DNA of 64,000 bases. It comes from an uncultured Verrucomicrobiae bacterium (lineage in GTDB: Bacteria; Verrucomicrobiota; Verrucomicrobiia; Chthoniobacterales; JAFAMB01). A program made the position numbers and the translations under genes. Position 1 is the first letter of the stretch. Each line of letters begins with the position of its first letter. The stretch lies in the NCBI GenBank assembly GCA_963837955.1, contig CAWIPH010000002.1:4128001-4192000 (forward strand), given 5' to 3'. Under the pieces are notes generated by a model, which had not been told where the DNA came from, did not search any database, and was given only the letters and a program-made list of their open reading frames with translations. Positions 59,389 to 64,000 of this stretch are shown piece after piece.

Positions 59389-61140
59389 ATGATGAACGTG
59401 CGGAGCACCCTCGCGCTGCTGGTAATAGCCATCGGCCTCGGCGTTTTCATTTGGATTCTCGACCGCCGCAGTCCGAGCACTCGCGAGGAACGAACCGGAT
59501 ATATCGTTGATCTTGATCGCAACGATGTAACCAACGTTGAAATCACCAACGAAAACGCGAAAACAGTCCTAAATAAGACCCCGACGGGTTGGCAAATCGT
59601 CGCACCGGTAAACGATCGGGCTGATGTCCGGGCCATGGACTCGCTCCTCGACAATATCCAGTTCCTTCGCCGAGACGATACCATTTCGAACCTCGGCAAA
59701 AGGGAGGAAAAGCAGAAACATCTCAAGGAATTTGGCTTGCTGAAACCGCGTCTCAAACTTGCCTGGAAAACCAAGAATCGTCATTTTGCCATCGAGTTCG
59801 GTGCTGACGCGGCGGTCGAAGGAACCTGCTACGTCCGAACCGAAGGGAATGATAAGGTTTTTGTCACTAGCAACGAGTTAAAAGGTCTGATCTCAAAACG
59901 CTCGGACGCGTTTCGCGATCACCAAATCACGCCTTTTCTTACGGCTCAGATCGATCGGATGGTTGTGCATCAGAGCGGTGGCGATATCGAACTAGTTCGG
60001 CAACAAAACGGCTGGCAAATCGTGCGACCGATCAAAGCACGAGCTGACGATGACGCCGTCAACGCCGACCTCGAGAAGATTAATGCGACGCCGATTTTGG
60101 ACTTCGCTGAGGGCGAAAAGATACCGAATGCCGAGACCGACAGCTCTGGCCATTCGATCTCTCTGTTTTCAGGCGAGGAAAAAGTAGAAATTTTCTGCGG
60201 CTCACCTGTCCCAAATCAACCAGGTAAAATTTACGTCCGTGTTGCCTCGCGTCCGTCGCTGCTTCTGGTCAACGATTCCTTCGCTCGGGCCATCGACGTA
60301 AAGCCCAATCAGCTCAGGGACCGAAAAATTGCCAGGCTTAATTCGGACGTCATAGATCATGTCAGGATTGATCAAACTGGAACCCCCAGCGTCTTTCTGG
60401 CCCGCCGCGAAGATCATTGGGAAATTGTTAGCGAACAAAATGCGCCAGCAAATACCGAAATGGTAAATCAACTGATTGCCACCCTCAACGGCACCAACGT
60501 CCAGGAATTTGTATCTGATACAGCCACCGATCTCAGCCGGTACGGACTCGACGCACCCCCTTTGCGGATCGGATTTAGTTCCTACGCATCGGACAATACG
60601 GCGGAAAGCGGCGCTGGCGAAGAGCCTATCGCTACTCTGGCAGTCGGGAAGTTGGACAAGAGCGCGTATTACGCTCGGATCGAAGATGAGCCCTATGTTT
60701 TTTCGATTTCCGAGCAAATCATCAATACGTTGCCAACCCATGACTATAACTTCCGGTCGCTTGATGCTCTAACGCTTCAACGCAGTGACTTAGCATCGGT
60801 CGAGGTAGAGAACGGCCAGGATAAGACCGAGCTAGTTCGCGATGAGCAAGGAAGGTGGTTGGTTAAAGGAAAAACCGAGGATGAAGCGGCGTTGCAGACG
60901 TTTCTCAATTCCATCACCCAACTTCGTGCGGCCGCCTGGGTCGGCCCGTCCCAGCCTGCTTACGGATTAGATCATCCAGTTGAAACGATCCAAATCCGAA
61001 CTAAGACCGCGGAATTGGTGTTGCAAATCGGAGGAACTAACGAACGAGGAGACCGGTACGCGACGCTCTCGAACCGAACTGGAACTTTCCTCATTGGGGC
61101 ACAGGATTATCTGCAGCTTAGCGCAAGGTTGACGAAATAG
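59389..61140 (+). CDS. DUF4340 multi-repeat protein
   Basis: N-terminal anchor; repeated WQIVxP..RAD and YGLDxP units; follows GldG. Confidence 0.8.
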   Translation: MMNVRSTLALLVIAIGLGVFIWILDRRSPSTREERTGYIVDLDRNDVTNVEITNENAKTVLNKTPTGWQIVAPVNDRADVRAMDSLLDNIQFLRRDDTISNLGKREEKQKHLKEFGLLKPRLKLAWKTKNRHFAIEFGADAAVEGTCYVRTEGNDKVFVTSNELKGLISKRSDAFRDHQITPFLTAQIDRMVVHQSGGDIELVRQQNGWQIVRPIKARADDDAVNADLEKINATPILDFAEGEKIPNAETDSSGHSISLFSGEEKVEIFCGSPVPNQPGKIYVRVASRPSLLLVNDSFARAIDVKPNQLRDRKIARLNSDVIDHVRIDQTGTPSVFLARREDHWEIVSEQNAPANTEMVNQLIATLNGTNVQEFVSDTATDLSRYGLDAPPLRIGFSSYASDNTAESGAGEEPIATLAVGKLDKSAYYARIEDEPYVFSISEQIINTLPTHDYNFRSLDALTLQRSDLASVEVENGQDKTELVRDEQGRWLVKGKTEDEAALQTFLNSITQLRAAAWVGPSQPAYGLDHPVETIQIRTKTAELVLQIGGTNERGDRYATLSNRTGTFLIGAQDYLQLSARLTK

Positions 61141-61885
61141 AAGGAATGACCTTGGAGCGGCTCTGGCTTGCGACCTCCGGCCGTCGACTTTCCATCACGC
61201 TTCCAGCGTAGTAAATCGCGACAATCCCACCGCTCAAACTCCGCAGCTTCGCATCTTGAAAGCCGGTGCCGTGCAATAATTCCAACATCGCCGTTCCGCG
61301 AGGAAAGCGCTCGATGCTTTCGCCCAAATACTGGTAAGCCGCCGGATGCCCAGTGATCAATCCAGCCAATCGAGGTAGCACAAAATGGAGGTAGAATCGG
61401 TAAAACGGTCGGAGCGGACCAGCAGGTAACGAAAAATCAAGGATAACCACATGGCCTCCCGGTCGCAAAATCCGAGAGATTTCTTTCAAAGCATGCTCAA
61501 GCGATTCCATGTTTCGTAAGCCGAAAGCGATGGTCACAACGTCAAACGCCGCGTTGGCAAAAGGTAAGGCCATACCGTCGGCCACGACCAAATTATGCAA
61601 CCCGCGTTTCTTCGCGATCTGCAGCATCGGCCCGCAAAAGTCTGCGCAAACCAAGTAAGCTTCGGGATTCTGCCGCTCAAGTTCTTCGGCCAGAATTCCA
61701 CTTCCGGTGGCGAGGTCCAGGATACGGCGGGGCTGCCAGCCCGCTACCAGACGGCCGACGACCCGCCGCCAGTAGTGGTCTATCCCCAAGCTAAGGATCT
61801 GATTCGCCCGATCGTAGCGCGCAGCAACCCGCCCGAACATCTCTCGGATAGACAATGGATCTGCGGCAGAGAAATCTGTCTGCAT
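61118..61885 (-). CDS. menG: Ubiquinone/menaquinone C-methyltransferase (UbiE/MenG)
   Basis: MF..VA.RYD..N..LSLG, LDLATGSG, IAFGLRN and AYQYLGESI. Confidence 0.9.
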   Translation of the reverse strand: MQTDFSAADPLSIREMFGRVAARYDRANQILSLGIDHYWRRVVGRLVAGWQPRRILDLATGSGILAEELERQNPEAYLVCADFCGPMLQIAKKRGLHNLVVADGMALPFANAAFDVVTIAFGLRNMESLEHALKEISRILRPGGHVVILDFSLPAGPLRPFYRFYLHFVLPRLAGLITGHPAAYQYLGESIERFPRGTAMLELLHGTGFQDAKLRSLSGGIVAIYYAGSVMESRRPEVASQSRSKVIPSISSTLR

Positions 61886-61894
61886 GGAACCTAT

Positions 61895-61976
61895 TGCTCA
61901 CGAGAGGACTCGAACCTCCACGGGTTTCCCCATACGGTCCTGAGCCGTACGCGTCTGCCAATTCCGCCACGTGAGC
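61895..61976 (-). tRNA. tRNA-Leu (CAG), CCA not encoded
   Basis: GCTCACG/CGTGAGC acceptor stem, TGGCGGAATTGGCAGACGC D arm, TACGG-CTCAGGA-CCGTA anticodon arm, long variable arm, GGTTCGAGTCC T arm. Confidence 0.95.
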
Positions 61977-62107
61977 GCTTTGGAGTTGAGATCATAGAAC
62001 CCTTCGGGCTCCATGACAAATGACAAATAGCCCCGGAAACCATTCCCGCGGCCGCGATATGACGCGAGGCGCGACGCCACCTTCGTCATTCGGCCTGAAG
62101 GTCCGGC

Positions 62108-63202
62108 CTAGCTCAATCGCATCGGCATAAGGACGTACAGGAAGGGACCCGAAATCTTGATCACTCCCGGGCTCATTTCATCAATAAGATCCAGGTAGAT
62201 TTCGTCCTCCGAGAGATTTCGAAGGGGTGCCATTAGGAATTCGGGGTTAAAAGCGATTGAGAAATCCTTCCCTTTATACATGACGGGTAGCGATTCCTTA
62301 GCCTCGCCGACGTCTGGCGTATTCGCCACGATGTCGATGTTACCTTTTGTGAATATCAGTTTTACCGAATTCGACTTTTCACTCGCGAGCAGTGAAACCC
62401 GACGAGCGGCATTCAAGAAGGTCTCTCGCTCGAGCGTGACGCGCTCTTTGGCTTCATTCGGGATAACTTGCCGATAGTTTGGATAATTCCCTTCGATCAG
62501 CTTGGAAACCAGGAAAGAATCGTTGAGTTCGAACGCTATTTGGTTATCTCCGACACTGACCTTCATTTCTCCGTCTTCCTTCAGCAGTCGTTGCAACTCG
62601 ATCACGGCCTTAGTTGGAACAATCAGATCGACTTCCTGGCTCTTGGGAAATTCGAGATCGAGATCTACCAGAGCCAACCTGCGTCCGTCAGTCGCAACTA
62701 GCGTTAGCATATTTTCTTTGAACGAAAACAGAATTCCATTGAGCACATAGCGCGTCTCGTCAGTTGAGATCGCATAAGAGGTCTTCTTCAGGCCGTCCTT
62801 GAGAGATTTTTGAGAGATGGTAAACACCCTCGCATCTTCAAATCGAGCCAAGGGGGGGAATTCTTCTTCCGGCAGCCCGAGGATTTTGAAGTAGCTCGAG
62901 CCGCTGCGAATCGACGCCAGATTCTTTGTGTCCACGTCAAAGTAAATCTCGGATGCGGGCAACTCTCGCACGATCGAAAACAACCGCCGCGCGGGTAAGG
63001 TCGTTGCTCCGGTTCGTTCGACTTGTGCTTCTACACTTCCCTGAACACCCACGTCCAAGTCAGTCGTGGTCAGCCGGATTTTTCCTTCGGCTGCTTGAAG
63101 CAAGACATTGGACAGAATGGGCAGGGTAGTTCTGGTGCTGACCACATTCTGCACCGTTGATAGACCTTCAAGCAGCTTGTCCTTACTGACACTAAATTTC
63201 AT
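62108..63202 (-). CDS. dnaN: DNA polymerase III beta sliding clamp
   Basis: TLPILSN, TTDLD, ATDGRRL, LIEGNYPNY and VLMPMR; ATG 63202. Confidence 0.96.
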   Translation of the reverse strand: MKFSVSKDKLLEGLSTVQNVVSTRTTLPILSNVLLQAAEGKIRLTTTDLDVGVQGSVEAQVERTGATTLPARRLFSIVRELPASEIYFDVDTKNLASIRSGSSYFKILGLPEEEFPPLARFEDARVFTISQKSLKDGLKKTSYAISTDETRYVLNGILFSFKENMLTLVATDGRRLALVDLDLEFPKSQEVDLIVPTKAVIELQRLLKEDGEMKVSVGDNQIAFELNDSFLVSKLIEGNYPNYRQVIPNEAKERVTLERETFLNAARRVSLLASEKSNSVKLIFTKGNIDIVANTPDVGEAKESLPVMYKGKDFSIAFNPEFLMAPLRNLSEDEIYLDLIDEMSPGVIKISGPFLYVLMPMRLS

Positions 63203-63652
63203 GGTGTGGGGATATAAAATCATGTGCCCCTTCGCTCCGCAAGTCACTCAGAGGAGGGCAAAAACGAACGTCAAGAGAATTCGACCAGTGAATCACCTTT
63301 CGCTGCTTAAATAAAATCTTTCTTTCGGTCAATGATTGCGTTGCAAACCTATGAGATTTCTTACTGGTGCTTTGCACTGCTCACAATGGTAGGGCGAAAA
63401 ACATCGGGGCGCTATAATAGTTGCGATGTCTGTTTCCCAGTTTTTGAGCCAAGCGACCCACTTCGATCGGTTCGCCCCATGTATTTTGTCTGAACCGTCG
63501 GGCAAAATAGAACCGATGATTTGAACACCAGCGGCTCCCGATTTCCGCTATGGCTGAGCGACGGCGGAACCGGTCCAGGCCCTACCGGCACGGGTGATGT
63601 TTGCGCAAAATTGGCAGCAGCGCTCCTCTGCGGGGGACGGGGTGGTAGTACA

Positions 63653-64000
63653 TTAGCGCTCGAGTTGGCTATCGAGCAGAAAGACCAACTGCCGGACCTG
63701 ATCTTCCTTAGTCATGCGCTCTTTAACGGTTTTGCAAGCATGCAACACGGTACCGTGGTCACGGCCACCAAACGCATCTCCGATCTCGTTCAGCGAAGCC
63801 TTGGTATGCCGTCGGGCGAGATACATCGCAACCTGGCGAGGAAACGCGATGTTCGCCGGACGTCGTTTACTCGTCATGTCGGCCAGCCTCACGTCGAAAT
63901 GCTCAGCAACTTTCCGCTGGATCTGGTCGATAGTCACCGTCTTCCTAGCTTCTTCCTGCAGAATGTCCCGCAAGAGGTGCTCAACCGCATCCCGGGACAC
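63653..64000 (-). CDS. dnaA: Chromosomal replication initiator DnaA, C-terminal part (5' end outside the window)
   Basis: IQRKVAEHF, RQVAMYL and SLNEIGDAFGGRDHGTVLHA domain IV; upstream of dnaN. Confidence 0.95.
   Translation of the reverse strand: MSRDAVEHLLRDILQEEARKTVTIDQIQRKVAEHFDVRLADMTSKRRPANIAFPRQVAMYLARRHTKASLNEIGDAFGGRDHGTVLHACKTVKERMTKEDQVRQLVFLLDSQLER

Overview
Bacterial chromosomal segment, by inference Verrucomicrobia/PVC (DnaA RDHGTV signature, TGS-less ThrS with a Cys insert, GldAFG-DUF4340 operon). The left ~15 kb is core genome: hppA (partial), argCJBDF, thrS-infC (ATT start), HAD, VOC, STAS, dusB, rnhB, yraN, and an FAD oxidoreductase next to an MnmM-like methyltransferase. 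The right ~13 kb is also core: sucAB, a serine protease, a GldAFG-like ABC system, menG/ubiE, tRNA-Leu(CAG), dnaN and the 3' end of dnaA. Between them (~15-51 kb) is an accessory region of stress, redox and regulatory genes with no visible integrase or transposase. The most notable system is an expanded LytS/LytTR module (25.8-46.1 kb) with three paralogous LytS-type kinases and two LytTR regulators. One kinase is fused in frame to a complete ECF sigma factor (39611-41422). Seven co-oriented copies of a 21-bp-period direct-repeat promoter motif outline a putative LytTR regulon (secreted chorismate mutase, a kinase, unannotated small proteins), and one copy lies inside the kinase-sigma linker. 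Separately, an MFS transporter is bracketed by inverted arrays (4 and 2 copies) of a ~211-225 bp repeat, a foldback-like structure. All calls come from reading motifs by eye; no database searches were run.
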